NCBI GenBank assembly: GCA_965637545.1
Contig: OZ281497.1
Coordinates: forward strand, 5,890,001-5,954,000
Length of the DNA: 64,000 bases
Source of the DNA: Phallusia mammillata
Taxonomy: Eukaryota
Direction of reading: 5' to 3'
Position numbers and translations under genes: made by a program. This document shows, one piece after another, positions 1-14,200 of this stretch. The first letter of the stretch is position 1, and the number at the start of each line of letters is the position of its first letter. The notes under the pieces were generated by a model that did no database searches, was not told the origin of the DNA, and saw only the letters and a list, made by a program, of their open reading frames with translations.

Positions 1-1990
1 GCTAAATACAATATGGCGATTACGGCCTGCCGACGGGCTTCCGATTTTCGGCGAGACTTCGCTTATCGCTTATCGGCCTTATCTCACACGATCTTCCGTT
101 CCGTTGTGTTGTTGGATCATAAGGTCGCTACGCCTGCAAGACCGACTTATATGATTCATTGCGGCTTTAATTACACTTGATAAGCGATTTTCAACACTCA
201 ACAACACTGGAACGCCACCTTGGGACAAGAAACTGTCGTGAAATTGTTTTTTTAACGCCTGACGTTGCTGATCAAGCTTAAGCAATGTAGGGTATGTTGC
301 TAATATACAAAGCAAGTTAAGTGTTTCTTAATGCAATGCGCTAGGACTGCAAAAATATTCTGTTGCAATTTAGAACGCATATTTTTCAAATTCGCTTACG
401 GAAACCTAACTATACAATATAAAAATTCCTACGCTTCCATACAAGGGTTTATGCAAGCGACAAGTACGGAATGCTTCAGGAGAATACGGAGTACTCGTCG
501 GTTCTTACTCTCCGGGATAAAACATCTTTGCGCCATATCGAAACAGTTCAATATGTACAAAACGCTTGAAGGAGAACAAATTCTTTGCCTGACTTCAGTA
601 ACTCATCTTAAAAATACTGTAAATAAGAAACAATCAACTTTTTGACAATATTTTCAACAGTGTTCAACAGTAAAGTGGCAAGTTCACACTGTCATTGCTG
701 TTTTATCCATTTCACTGCCCTTGTACACAACCTCACAAATTTACATTAAATTAAAGCCTTTGCGAAAAGGCCATCCTCACCCCTTGACATTTACTTGCAA
801 ACTGGTTCGCCGCAAAAACTAGCCATCATTCTGTCTTCTGTTCTTGTCCTCGAAAGGACCTTCAGAAGCACGACACTTATCGCAAGGCCTAAACGCGGCT
901 ATCGCTTCCCAAATCGACTGAGACGCCGACGAAGTGCCCGCCTTCGTAACCCTACCCTAAGGAGCTTCAACAGGCAGCCGCGGGCAAAACTATTTTTACT
1001 TTCCGCCGTCGTTGCTCGCGTTCCTGTCCTTCTTAAGCTGGTCTGTTCTAATGTCGTTTCCCCGTACATGCGGCTTTTAGGCAATATACTTGCGCCGTTT
1101 TGCGACCAATGACAATTTGTTCAATTCAATTACCATTTTGTTGCGTTTTATGTAGATATTGACAGTAAACCTTTGAATTTTATCCAAACAGACTTTTGTA
1201 AGCACGATTTGTGACACTAGCCCTTGCTTTTTAGGGTTAATTTTGTTTGTTTTTTTGGTCTGAATCTGGTATAAACGCTTGATAACTATTCATGCCAATT
1301 TCGCTTTGAAAACCTCATTAAAAAGGTTACTAAAACCTTAATTTGGAATTTTTCGATTTGTTACTATTTTCAACAATCTAACACGCCTTCTTGGTATTTC
1401 ATTTAATTTGGTGGCGAAGTGTGGACTTCGTGTCCCCGATTAAGTAAAGCCGCCGAGTGTTTTCCGGCATTCAGATAAGTATGTTGCTGCCGGGCCTAAA
1501 GCTGTTTATCCTTAGCATGACTATTTACCACTAAGCGCATAATGACGAATTTGCATTGGATTTGGCGTGAACAAAATGCAGGTGTTGTAAACTTTCGCTT
1601 CGTTTTGCGAATAGTTTCAAAAATATTGCCTAAAAGCTACATACGTTACACAATTTTGTTTAACACAAAATAAAGCAAAGTCTTTTACGCAACTTATTTT
1701 CAATGTGGAAAACAACAAGTCTCTAGTTCTACTGTTTAAAGGACTACAAAGCAATATCCAAGGTCCTATTTTTTTGCCTTTTCTCTAAAACAGAAGCCAG
1801 ATATTTTACACTACCCAAACAACATATTAATAAAAACATCGTTTATACTCTACAACAAAAAAACTATTCTCAAAAATTTCTACAATACAAGAAATTTTAA
1901 ACCAATCTGCATAACTGGCATTTTGTCTCAAATATTCTATATCTCAATATTTAATACGTAGCTGCCCTTTGTACAATAAAAAAAAAACTG

Positions 1991-2030
1991 ACGGCATGAA
2001 TGTTCTACTGAACGGCATGAATGTTCTACT
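1991..2030. repeat. 21-bp tandem duplication
   Basis: acggcatgaatgttctact occurs twice (1991 and 2012). Confidence 0.9.
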
Positions 2031-2163
2031 ATCAAGTACCTCTCTGCCTGGGCAAGTCGACTGCAGTCTGTTTCGTTAACAAAACAAGAAAGTGAGCACC
2101 TGTCTGCCGAAACGCCGAAACAATATTCCCCTTTTTCCCGGAAAAAAGTTTTTGCTCACTTAC

Positions 2164-2228
2164 AGTGCCTGCGCTGTTGTGCGTAGTTTGTCAAGTGAGA
2201 GAGTTTCATTTTTTTCGGCGATGGCCAT
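2164..2228 (-). CDS. Possible first coding exon (MAIAEKNETLSLDKLRTTAQA-) of a gene continuing left of the window
   Basis: ggaaaATGG start context, 21 open codons plus 2 nt, then a perfect GTAAGT donor at 2163-2158. No downstream exon or homology recognised. Confidence 0.3.
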
Positions 2229-5200
2229 TTTCCGTTGCACTACACAAAATGAAGTGCGTGTGTTACAATGCGAAACGTTAGAATCGGTCACATAAGACAA
2301 CAAAATAACGTATCTGCGAACTAATTACAAAATATGATGTACGTGATCAAAAATTGTGACAATGTATATTTTACATGTAAAACCGGCTACAGCAGATGTA
2401 TTTAAGCGATAAAAGGGAAATAATGATTTGTAACTCAACTAATTCCGCCATTTTTTGTAAACTCAATTATTAAAGGGTTATATTTGCCAAAAGTAATTTC
2501 AATCTTAAACAAAATCTTTCACGTGAATGTCTATTGCAGATTTCTGCCCCGCGATTATTCTTAAATTTAAGTTTTTATTTTTAAAATCATTGAAAAGTGC
2601 TAAATTCCAAACAAGCAAAATTTTGTTTCGTTCGTGTTAAGTAGACACTCTAAACATTCTATTAGTCATTCATTGGCATTGATGTCTTTCTACTGTATCT
2701 GCCTTATCGCGTAACGAACTGTTGACAGATCGCATTACGTTAACGGCCTGCACACTAATGAACAGTTTGTGATAAAGGCTATTAACACGGATCAACTATT
2801 CCGGTTCATTTCTTAAACCTGGAAGAAACCCCAGCCTTGCACATTTCTGACATGAAACAAAATTGTAATTTCTATGGATACAAATGTTTTTGAAGCGGAC
2901 AAAATTTACTTTACAGTCTTTCATACAAAAATTATGAAAATTGCAATAAATATGTTTCATAAATGTTCATCTATTCACAAATGCTTAAAAAATGATTTAT
3001 TAAAACATCATTTTTTAAGCGTTTCCAACTATGTCTTGCGCATGGGTAAAATCTTAAAACAACCTTTAATCGCTTTTCGTCACAAAACAAACACAATGTG
3101 ATTATGCTATGTTAGTGAACAACATTATGTAAAACAACCCGGTAAACACGTGTGCTGATTTTGATTTAAGACGAAAATTTGGTCTGAATCTGGCGTTTTA
3201 AGACGAAATTAGTGAACAATGTATCGATTTGTAACAGTGAAAGAGATACTAATTGGTGCTTTCAGAACCCAGGCATCGATTAAAACTTTTTTATCGCGAT
3301 AACTTGCAAGCCAATCCATTGTCCTCCGCACTCGCGCCTGTTGTTGCTATTAAAAGGTTTTCAAACGTTTACCTAATATTCCAAGACCTGAGCGCATAAT
3401 TAACTCTGTTTTGATGGAACGAGTCATTTGTTGCCGAAGATTCTGTAATTGTTGCCTATTAGTCGAGTCATTGTTGAGCTACGTATGTGTGAAGCTCTAG
3501 GTAGCCACAATAGGCCGCTGCTAATAGCAACTTGTACAAGTCAAGGTCCATTAAATCTCACAATATCATTCAACGAGTTAATAACGAATGTTTCTAAAAT
3601 TCCATGAACTAGATCAATTTTACACCGCGACTTTGAAAACTGGAAGACCGTTCAACAAATTTGGAAATGGTTGTTCTTGATGTATAATAAAGTTTGTCTG
3701 AAATTTGTATAGTTCACAACTTGAAAACTTAATATTTCACTTAAAGTATATTCCTGCCAAACTCACTAACGAGTGGACGCGACCAAATGTTTCGCGCTTA
3801 AAATCACTTTTTGCTTTAATTTTTTTTAACGTTTACAATCTGCTGTTTAACTAAAACGCGTAACTTGAAACCTTAAGAATAAAATGTCAACATTTTTTTA
3901 AAATAGGAGTTGGGTACTTTGTACATCTTTTCAATTGATAATGACAAAGAGTTAAAATGAACAGCAGTTTGTACTTTACTCTTAACGATCGCTCAATACT
4001 TTGCTAATGTCTACAGATGCGTACCTAAACTTATCAACAATAACAAATCACCAGATACGCCAACAAAAATTCATGCTCATTCCAAAAGACAAGCGCATTG
4101 TTATCAACTTAAATCGATATCATCGCATTCTTTAAAGTCCTAACTACAACTACAAGCTCGGTCTCAAACAAATCTCCTTCCCCAAGTCTTGGGATTTAGG
4201 TCTCCACGTTCTATATCGCAGGGCATCTTGATCTTGCCATGATTTTGACGCAAATGATATCTCGGTGAAAACGAAGTCCGTTTTTATTTTCCTCCCTCGT
4301 GATCTCCGCTTACTTATCGTACTCTGCCACGACAGATCTTTTCGAAGAAGTTTTTGGGGAAAAAAAACTCGTTTTGACGAAAAACGAATCAGTTTTGGGG
4401 GCATTCTGTCTTATCCATTTAAGGGGATGTTTTTTTTCATTTTACGTTGTTGTGAATATGGAGTTGGTCCTATAAAGATTGCGTTTGCGATATTTTTGGC
4501 GACAACAATTAGTCATCAATGGATGTTAAATGCAAAGAAAATTCGATTTGATTCAAGTTGGATTATTATGTATCTTGTTTCGAATCTTTGACCGTTTCCT
4601 ATCTTGGCGTGTTTTTGGAAAAAAATCCTCATTTTAGGTAGTCCAATACACAAAAAAAATATGTGAACAATTTTTTTGCAAAAATTGATTTGATTTACAA
4701 AACCATCAATATTTGAGTCAAAAGTTTTAAACCAAACAAAATTTTCAGACACAAAGTAGCGTAAAACCACATAGACTAATTACGCATTGTGTAAGGGCCT
4801 CTGAAAATTTTCCCAATTAATATTTTATAGCATGTCGACGTAATGATTCAACTTGATACACGGAAAAAACAAACAACTTTCCGAACGAATTTCATTAGGT
4901 GCATGATACCTATGACGGAAGCTATATAGTGTTTTGTTAAGCGGGAAACTCCATAGATCGCAGAATACACGTGTTTTGTCTAAACGATTAGGGGGATTTT
5001 TTCTATTTGCGTTGGAAAGCGTTTTCGTCTTTCAAAAACAAGTCAACAATATTACCCTTACACACGTAACGGTATGAGTTTTACAAAAAAAATTAAATAT
5101 TTTAATTTGTGCGAAAATTTATTATGAAAATCCTTTTTGGGAAAAACGCTAGGTTTTAGCCTAAAACTAAAAATATTATTAAATAACATCAGAATAAACT

Positions 5201-8200
5201 TTAGCAACACACTTGAATAAAATGGAAGCAAAATATTAATGATTAATGTTTTTTCGTTTTAACCCAAAACATAACGTTTAAACCAAACTGATTGTCCAAA
5301 TTTTCTGCAACAATTTTATAAAAAATTTTGTGCAAAAATGTTTCTTACTTGGTTCTAATCTGAGCAGCAACAATGCTTTCAAAAAACTGCTCCAGAAAAT
5401 CGTTGTTAGCGTTTCAAATTCAACAACCTTGGTTTTGCAAATCACCATAAATATCTCATCAGCTCAAGTCCGCTTCTCCCAGTTAAAAGCCAAAACATAA
5501 CTTCACACGACCAGGCTCAAGCCTTTCCATCTCAAACACAGCATAAATCACGTGTTTGTTTATCGTGCCACGTGACGAGAGCCTATGTGACGTCACAGAC
5601 CAGGTGCGCGCCCGGTCATCGCTTAGGAATACTGGCCGGGACCGCAAAGACCGTGATTGGAACTATCGATTTAAGTGCTGTCTTGGCTCGTTGGTTTGTT
5701 TGTCGTTAAACTATAGCGGCTGGCCTGTGATGTCCTAATCAAGATGGAAATTAGTGCAATGGTTTTCGATCGAATACGGCCAAATTTGAGCATGGCAATG
5801 TTCAAGGCTTCGCAATGTTTACGGCAAAGGATTTAAAGACTTCCGTATGGAGATGCCTTTCAAGTTGACCTTTTGTTACTGCAGAAGACAACTCTATATG
5901 ACGTTTATCAATTTCGATTTTTAATTCGTTTTGATGAGTTCTCTTTATTTGCTGCAATATTTAATTGATACGAAAAAAAAACAAATAGAATATTTGCTTT
6001 AAAAAAAAGACAATTAAACAAAAATTGTACGCGTAAAATTTATTAGGTAGCACAAAAATTTGAAAGAATATTTACCTATTTCGTTTCTTACAATTTAGTC
6101 GCATATTGTTACTTTGAAAAGGTCTGTTTTGGGCAAATTAAATTGATTTAAAAGACGCTATTTTTATTCTAATAATTTAAAACAGCTCTATTTTGATAAA
6201 GTTAAAAAAATAAAAACAACCATTACTCCCTTTTTTGGATCGCCTTGCGGACAAAATTCATTATCCCACCACGACCTAAAAAGTGGATTGTCTGGTATTG
6301 GAACAAGGCAAACATATTTAGGGTTAAAAGGTTTCTTTAAGTGCAAGTAGTGAATCAGTGTGAAAGTTGCTTACATCCAAGTTGCTGTGCGGAGGCGGAA
6401 AAGGAAGCGATTAAAATCAGAATCGTCTCTTGAAGTGCGTTTATCGTTTGATGCGATCTGATGTGTTGGATATGTCCGGCAACGGCTCAGACTTTCAAGT
6501 ACGCCTTGCTTTGTGGATTTATTGTATAATTTGAATGATAAAACCTGTACTGGTTTAGTACCGCTATCTTTTCCGAAGATGTTTGTTTTCAAAATTTTGC
6601 ACATTGAACGTTGACTGTGATTGTTGCTTGTGAGGGGAAAAACTTTATTTCAATGTGTTTTTTTGTATTTTTTACGACACTTTAAGTCTTAGGTTTATGC
6701 AACACTTAATTCGAAGTTACTTTTACGATACAAACAGCAAAATATACCTAACTTCACTTTACGGGTATATTTCGAATTTTTCGTTGTGTGTCAAATCATA
6801 GAAGTAATATGCGACACGGAAGAAGTTTGAAAATGGCGCAAAATGTCTGCCTTAAATTAGGCTACATGAATCTACTCCGTATCTTGCTCTCTTTGACAGA
6901 AAATCCAAAAAAATTGCAGTAAAAATCTTTTTCAAAATTTCTCAATACATTTGCCACCAAAATATGTATCTTTACCCCAGCTTTAGATCAAAATCCTAAA
7001 TTGTCTCAGAAAAATATCTACCAAACAATCTGCCCATCAGCAGAACAATTGATTAACTAACACAGACCCTAAACCGCCATCAGCATCATGTTTTTCATAA
7101 CTCTTTGTACCTTGCATCGACTCAGCGCACATTTTGTCGCTCGTCAAATCTAGATCCTTTTGATCATCGACATCCCAGCCAAAAACGCATCGGCAAAAAT
7201 TCCAATCAGTGCCTAATACGACACCTTGCGGTTTAAAGTCAATTTGCCGTGTTCGCCCGCGTCTTGGTTCTGTTTGTTGTCAGTGATCATCCCCTAGCTC
7301 TTGAAGTACCCGCTCAATAATGCTACAGCCGTCAAAATCGCGCACTAATGCATCTACGGCGATGCACAGTTCGTGAGCTTGAGAACGACTAACGAGCAGC
7401 GGCTGTTTGTTATTACAATTACGAGATTCGATACGGCCTCGGCGCGCTGTCAACAGCGTGTAAACGTTCGGCCATCATCGTCGTTATGAATAAATGGATG
7501 TAAATGCGAGATCTAGCCAGTCGCCTTAAGGGATCCGTAGCCCAAGCCTTTAATGACGAGCTCATAGTGATACTCGTTTTTTTCTTTTCTGGTTATTTGC
7601 TTTGGTCCAATGTAGTTGAGTCAATTTTGCGCGGATAAGGTTTCATAATGATAAGCCGTAACAACAGCCATGGCCGTTTGGGATGTTTGTCATGTGGTGT
7701 TGTTATACAGATCGACAATTTTGCGGGTACCGGAAGAGCACAATGCCTTATGAATTCATACGCATTTTTTGTCTTAGGGAATGAAACTCGATGACACCAG
7801 CCATTTGCAAATACTGTTTCACTATTTGTTGCAAAGTAAAAACATTTTTTTGGCAGAAAGTAACTTACTAGTCCATATATTTTTTCTGTAACCGAAACCC
7901 GCCTGCTTTTTTGTCAACTAATATATACTAAACCAATTTTGTACATCATACGCAATACATAACAATAAACCACACCATAAATGAAAATAATACTTTATTT
8001 AATATATGTTTGCTAGATAACATTTAACATTTGTTGCAAACGTTTTAAAAATATCCGTTTTTATTAACAAGTTCCTATCTGGTGTTACTAAATCTTAATA
8101 AAAATGTAAATCACAATGAACTATAACTTACCATAATTAAAACTCAAAGTTACCTCCTTGCTCTACTATGACTAAATTCTTTACGCAATACCGAAAATCG

Positions 8201-11200
8201 CTACAAGGAAACTCTATACAACAGTGACAGGTCATCGCATTGACACGGGGTCACCTATTCACACCTGGCCTACTCAACCGGCATGTCGGCCTTGTACGTT
8301 CTATTCAATCAGGTTCAAGTGGTCTACAACACTGATACCGACAAACGGATGTCGAGGGGTCCTCTTTTGTGCCCCAATGCCCACCCAAATTGTTTGAAAA
8401 CCTATACCGCAATGGTCCATTGAATTTTTGTGGTTAGTGTATTGAAAGGTGTCTGAGTAGCAACTCGAACGCGAAGATGTAATCCGAAAATCAAACAGTG
8501 CACTTATTTTAGTTTGTTGCTGGTATTTGCTTACTCTTTTCAAGCATGTACCGCCATGGTACAGGGCTGTAAGTCAGGCCTGGTTTGGGCTTAGGTAAAA
8601 AAAAACTCTGGCCTGGTTTTACACTTGGCCACGTTGCCATCAACTTTTAGGCAAACTTGACCTTCAGATTTAATTTTGCTTTAAAATAAAAACATTTCAG
8701 ATTCTGGTCGGAATTCGGGCTTATACCTTTCTGGTTGCTGGTTAAGAAACTGGCTTTACACATAAGGGGTTGTTAATTGGGGAAATCTAACTTTTGGGGG
8801 CAAATAGCACAAAGCATTTGTCTAAATTATTTAAACAGAGCAGAAAATGTATCACGAAACATAAGTACTTTCATTCGACTTCGGTTCTATATTCACAAAC
8901 AGGCTTTACATTTTCCTGAACTTGATTTGCTCATCTGGCTAGCAAGATTTAAGAGATTTAGTTTCTTGTGCCCACACAAGTGTAAATAACTTTAAACTTA
9001 TTTCGTTCACTGCAGACAAAACACTGACAAGGCGTTCCTTACTTGTCGTTTTGACGAATTCTTGTTTAATGAATCACCAAAACTTCTGTTTTGACAAGTA
9101 ACAAATTACCTTACAGCAACTGATTTTACACTTTAAGGGTAGGCGAACAAAACTAGAAATCTTCTGTGTGGATGCTTTATACAACTCAATCCGTTGTAAA
9201 CATTTCTTAACTTTAATACAAAGTTTGAAATTTATTTATCGCTGTACAAGGTTACCAACTGTACTTTAACCAATTTATTTTTTAACGTTTAGGCTACTCG
9301 GTAAAAAACACACTTGTTACCTCAAACTTAACACAAAGAAAGTTAGCAAAAAATTCGACTTATCCGTTTTGTCCTTTAAAAATGGTCTCATTTGTTATTG
9401 CTATTTGTAAACAATGTAAATGGGCCCTGTCAATGCTTGACCGTGGATAGAACTGTTTAGTGATGGCAGGAAAGATTTATCGTTTCACCGAGACAATTAT
9501 ATGCCCGAAGCATGAACCGTATCCAATTAGGCCTCCACAACCCTTGGCAGGGTCAGTTCGAAATAGGGAGACATACGGACAGGTCAGCTATTAAGCTTAG
9601 AGCACACTTGACCTGCATGGACAGCAGTCTGTCCAGTTTTGTGGGCAATTTGCTTAGAAAAATCCAAACAAATTATGACTTTTCCGCCAGCTTCAATTTG
9701 TCTTGGCGCCAAACGAACAGGCTCAATACAAATTTAATTTCCCAAACAAATTCAAAATATTTCAAAATAAGAGCAAAAATGCTGTGCGTCGAGGCCCTAA
9801 AGCGACAGAGCTCTCGTGCCACTGACAAAAAATTTAAAGCCAGTTAATTTGCAGATCAACGAAACCACATTAGGGTCGTAAATTCAATTCCAATTTATCG
9901 AATGCGGAAAATCAATTTTGCACGCAAAAAATGGACGCCGACATGGTCATGCTATTCAAAACACCGCTTTAACTAAATTTTGGATACGATCCTACAATGC
10001 TAAATCACGTTTCCATGTTTCAAAAACATACCTGATATTTGAGTCATACTGAAATCTACAAGCTTGTCTAAATAAACTGTTCAATATTTTATCTTGTAAA
10101 CTGCGCTACACACCTCTGTAGAACACCCCCTAGCGTTAACATGCGGCAATGCGCAAAGTTAACTTCTGCTCTTGACTATGGCGATGACCGTCACCAGATC
10201 TTCTCACCTAAGACGACCTTTAACAAACAAATTCGCCTCATAAAAACAACATGATTTTTCGAAAACTTTATCCTCACTTTTGCCTGGCCTGATTTCAGAT
10301 AAGGCAACTCACAGGTAACGCAACCGATAATGGAGCTTTATGTCGTAACAGAAGGCGATAATGACGCGGCGACTTGGCAGTTTACAGACGGCGTGGTATT
10401 TCAAATATGGCGGAATAAGCTTAGGTGCAAAAATTACCTGCATGCATATAGGTACGCTTGCGTATGAGGAAGGCTTATCGTTTAAAATGTCGCTAGTACA
10501 CTTGCATTTTGCAAACATGTTGAAGCTATTTAAAACATAATTTCAACAAGATTAGTTTTTTAAAGCGCGTATTTCACAAGATGTATTTCTAGATTAATTT
10601 TATGAATACACATTTCCGTTGTTCAAAAAATTGCCGCTTACTTTTTACCGTCAAAAAAACAATTTTCCTAAATTATGCAACCTTTTTTGAACAAACAAAA
10701 CTGCTCTAAAAAACTTACGCGCGCAACGCAAAAAAACAACCATCCAACAACAACAACTTTCAAATCATCAACGTTTACCCCAGGGGGCAAAAATCAACAA
10801 ACCCATCGCTTTCACTCCCAGCTGGTCACGTGAGTATGGTCACGCCAGAACGATTATTGGCGCTTTTGATCGTACGCCGTGTTGTGTCGATGGCGCCGAG
10901 ACGCATGCCGCAGCCAAGTAGCCGTAAGACGCCTTGCGGGATCGACACACGGGGGCCGAGCATTACCCTTGCGTTGCACCACCCCTGATAAATTACCTTA
11001 TTGTGACGTAACCGACCCGTTTTGGGTTCTAATTACCCCTACTGCACATGAGCGTGCTTGTTTAATTCCCAGCGCAAATATTTTTTTTTTCGGAGTTATA
11101 ACAGTTTGAATCAACTTCTGAGAATAAAATGAACAACCGTGCCCTTATGTACTTTCAAGTTTCATTTGAACTTGGAAAACTGTTTGCCTTTACCCGAAAT

Positions 11201-14200
11201 CTCACAGAGTATGAAACAGGGACTGTCATTGCCCAAATATTGTTCCATAGGCTAGCCTACATCCCAGATTACGGAAAATAAAGCTAGGTTTTCACACAAA
11301 CCTTCTTTCCTATTTTTTGGGCAAATCAAAAGTCCTTGCCATCATTAGTTTCGACAATGTTATTAACAAGCAGTAGTGGTAAAATTGCAGATCACCATTT
11401 GCAAAAGCAACTTTTCCAAAACGTAACAATTACCCAAACGGGTACTACCTAAACTCATGCCCACGCAGATCTAAAAACATCAGTGGTGTTAAGAGCAGAC
11501 AGTGCCAAGTGACCGTGGAAGTGGAAAAGGGAACTCGGGTGCTTTGCATCACACCCATAGGCAGCAAAGACCATTGCTCTTCGTTTGATCAACCAGCGCA
11601 AAGTTTTAACCTGACAGGGTGTTTGCTCTGTTACCCGGCTTAGGGTCAAGACCCCTCGGTGTACTGTTGCTGTCCTGCCCGAGGTTCGACTTTGAACGCT
11701 CTTACTGTGACGAGGTGTAAATTTTGATTGATTTTGTGTTGTTTCAAGCTCCGTTGGTTGCCGTCAGTTGCACGACTGGCTTAATATGTTTATCAAGTAC
11801 GCGAAATTAACCAACGTTGTTTGGGGGAGTATAAGGCGCTAAATATGCAATTAGAGTTAATGCGATGATGTAGTATCATTAGGAAATAAGAGTACTGTAT
11901 AGCGTCCGTTTTGATGCAAATTATGAGTTATTCTCAACTGTTCGACACCCGTTTTTGGAAAGTTTACCATGAGAAAATAAAAATTCATTAATTAGGAATC
12001 CCTTAAACGGAATGCAATTGCCCAACTGGACGGAAAAACGGAAAAGGTTTTGTTCAGGCAAATGTATGTGACATTTGTTGTACAATAAGTGTCCTACAAG
12101 TTGTTTAAGCTCCCAAAATATAGTTTATTTAATGTCGATTTTGGCGTGCTGCAAATACACACACATGAGCAATCAAAGAACACATTAGCTGCAAAGGCAT
12201 AACATTATCCAAAGTGCCACGTTTACGCTAAAGTGTGTTTTAACTGACTCATGCTGCATAGTTTCGCCTCCTTAGCAACCTAGGCCGATATGCAAACATT
12301 CCATGGCTGCAGCCGTGCGAGCACCGGCAAAGCAGATTAGCAAATTCTCTGTGTGTTCCAAGTCGGTATGTGTTTCATGCTTGGAACACATCGCACCCTT
12401 TATCCCACCCGGCTAGAGCAGAATCCCATGCTCGTCTCCTGACCGCTGGCAATGGACCGAAGACCGCTCCATTAGAGTGGTTACTTCTAGGCAAAGGTGC
12501 TGACGGACACGAGGTTTGACTAACTGACTAGGGTCGTGACTTTGAACTGGGAACAACGTCGGGGCGCGGGAACGTGGTACAGCCTAATGCGTTCTCTTGT
12601 TTGCTGGATTTCATGGGATTTGCGCGTTTTTGCTGCCATGGAGATCTTGTGTTTGAAAATAGAACAATTGTAGACTAGGTCAGCCCATAAAATGCAAACA
12701 CTTGCGAAAAATCGCAAACCATGTACGTTTCTTCTGACAAATTGCAATCTATGTAAATCTGAATATACGCAGCTGTACGCTTTTGCAAACCACGTTTAAA
12801 CGGAGTGACAGTGTTTGAATATGCTACAAGCCTTGTATATCAAGCACCAAACCGCAAAGCATTTTAATTTAATCCCTAGAACCGCATAGGCAGCAACATA
12901 ATAATCAGTTTCAATACAAATCTTTCAAAAATGTGTCCATTTTACAACGCAATAAAGCAAACTATTGGTCTTTGCTGTTTGCATGATTTACAGTAAAATC
13001 TTTACTTGTACAAAAGAATCCCGTGGTCGCCCACCAGCCTTTTGGCCGAAATTGCAAATAAAGAGAACAAAAATGGTGGTAAGCAGGGTGGCGTATACAC
13101 AGAGAAAGCAACAACTCCAATTAAAAATTATCCGGCATGTAAAACAATTTAGTACCAAAACTTTCAAGCAACGTTAACCACTTCAGGCAAGTCTTTGAAG
13201 ACCGCATAGCGCAGACAAGCGGTCAGTCGGGGATATTAGCCGCCATGGGTCACTACACTGGTCAAGATGACCAGCGATCACGTGGTGTTCGTCAACTTTT
13301 CAGGTGTGGGATCGAATGACCGGGAAAGGCGTTTCAAGTCGGAATCCTATTGTCTTAAATCGTGGGAAACTGCCCCAAACAGTAGGTGCGACTTGCACAT
13401 GTAAAGGCTGTAACTATTTCTGGGCAATGTCTATGGGGTTGCAAAAACTGCGTGTGGTGTAAAATTTGAATAGGGCGTGAATTTTCGAATAGTGGCTTAC
13501 AGAAATATTTACATTTTGTACATAACTTAATAACACCAATTACATACTTGTTTACATTTATTGCATTAGTAGTGCGCAGATAAATAGCCCAGCTAAGAAA
13601 ACCGGAATAAATGAATGTTCGCACAAAACAAACAACCATTTGGCAAAACGTTTTTTTATCTTTCATGTTAATTGTTTGTAACGTTTTGGAAGGCCTGTAA
13701 AATTTGAGACCAAGCATTCAGTTTGAAACAAATACACACACACGGTGCCCAACCTGGTCAACATAGGGCACGCGTAACTAGCACACGTTCATTATTCCCG
13801 CCTCGCCTTCAAAACACAAACACTCGATCACTTAATCGGTCACTGGCAAACCTATTGCAAACACGGGGTCCAAAGTCAGTTGGAAAATCCATCAATCACA
13901 TGCGGGAAATAAAACAACAAAACCTGACACCTTGGCCCATTGGCGCTGCGTGTCACCCTGTCAAGTCGACAAAACAGCTTCCGTGTGCCCGACTATAACA
14001 AAATGGCGCCGTTCGCCGATGACGTATCGCTTCGGTAGCGCGCAACGCTCGATTGTGACAAAACAATACGCGACGGGCGTCGGCGAAGAAAAGCGCCCGG
14101 CAAGACGGATGAAATTCCTTTCTTTTAGGGCGATCGGAAAAGAGTTGGCAGCCTTATTATGCGGGAGGGTTTGGCAAACAGTAAAATCGGTTGGCACGGT

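Noticed and set aside
795-1112. Overlapping Arg-rich ORFs (795-1112 +, 899-1084 -) resembling a protamine-like protein
   Set aside because: Both begin at TTG, basic residues appear on both strands as expected from CG-rich sequence, and there is no H1 winged-helix core or convincing splice context. More likely UTR or regulatory DNA.
11384-11643. ~86-codon ATG-less open frame with several Cys
   Set aside because: No flanking acceptor/donor pair or start codon, and the length is within chance expectation.
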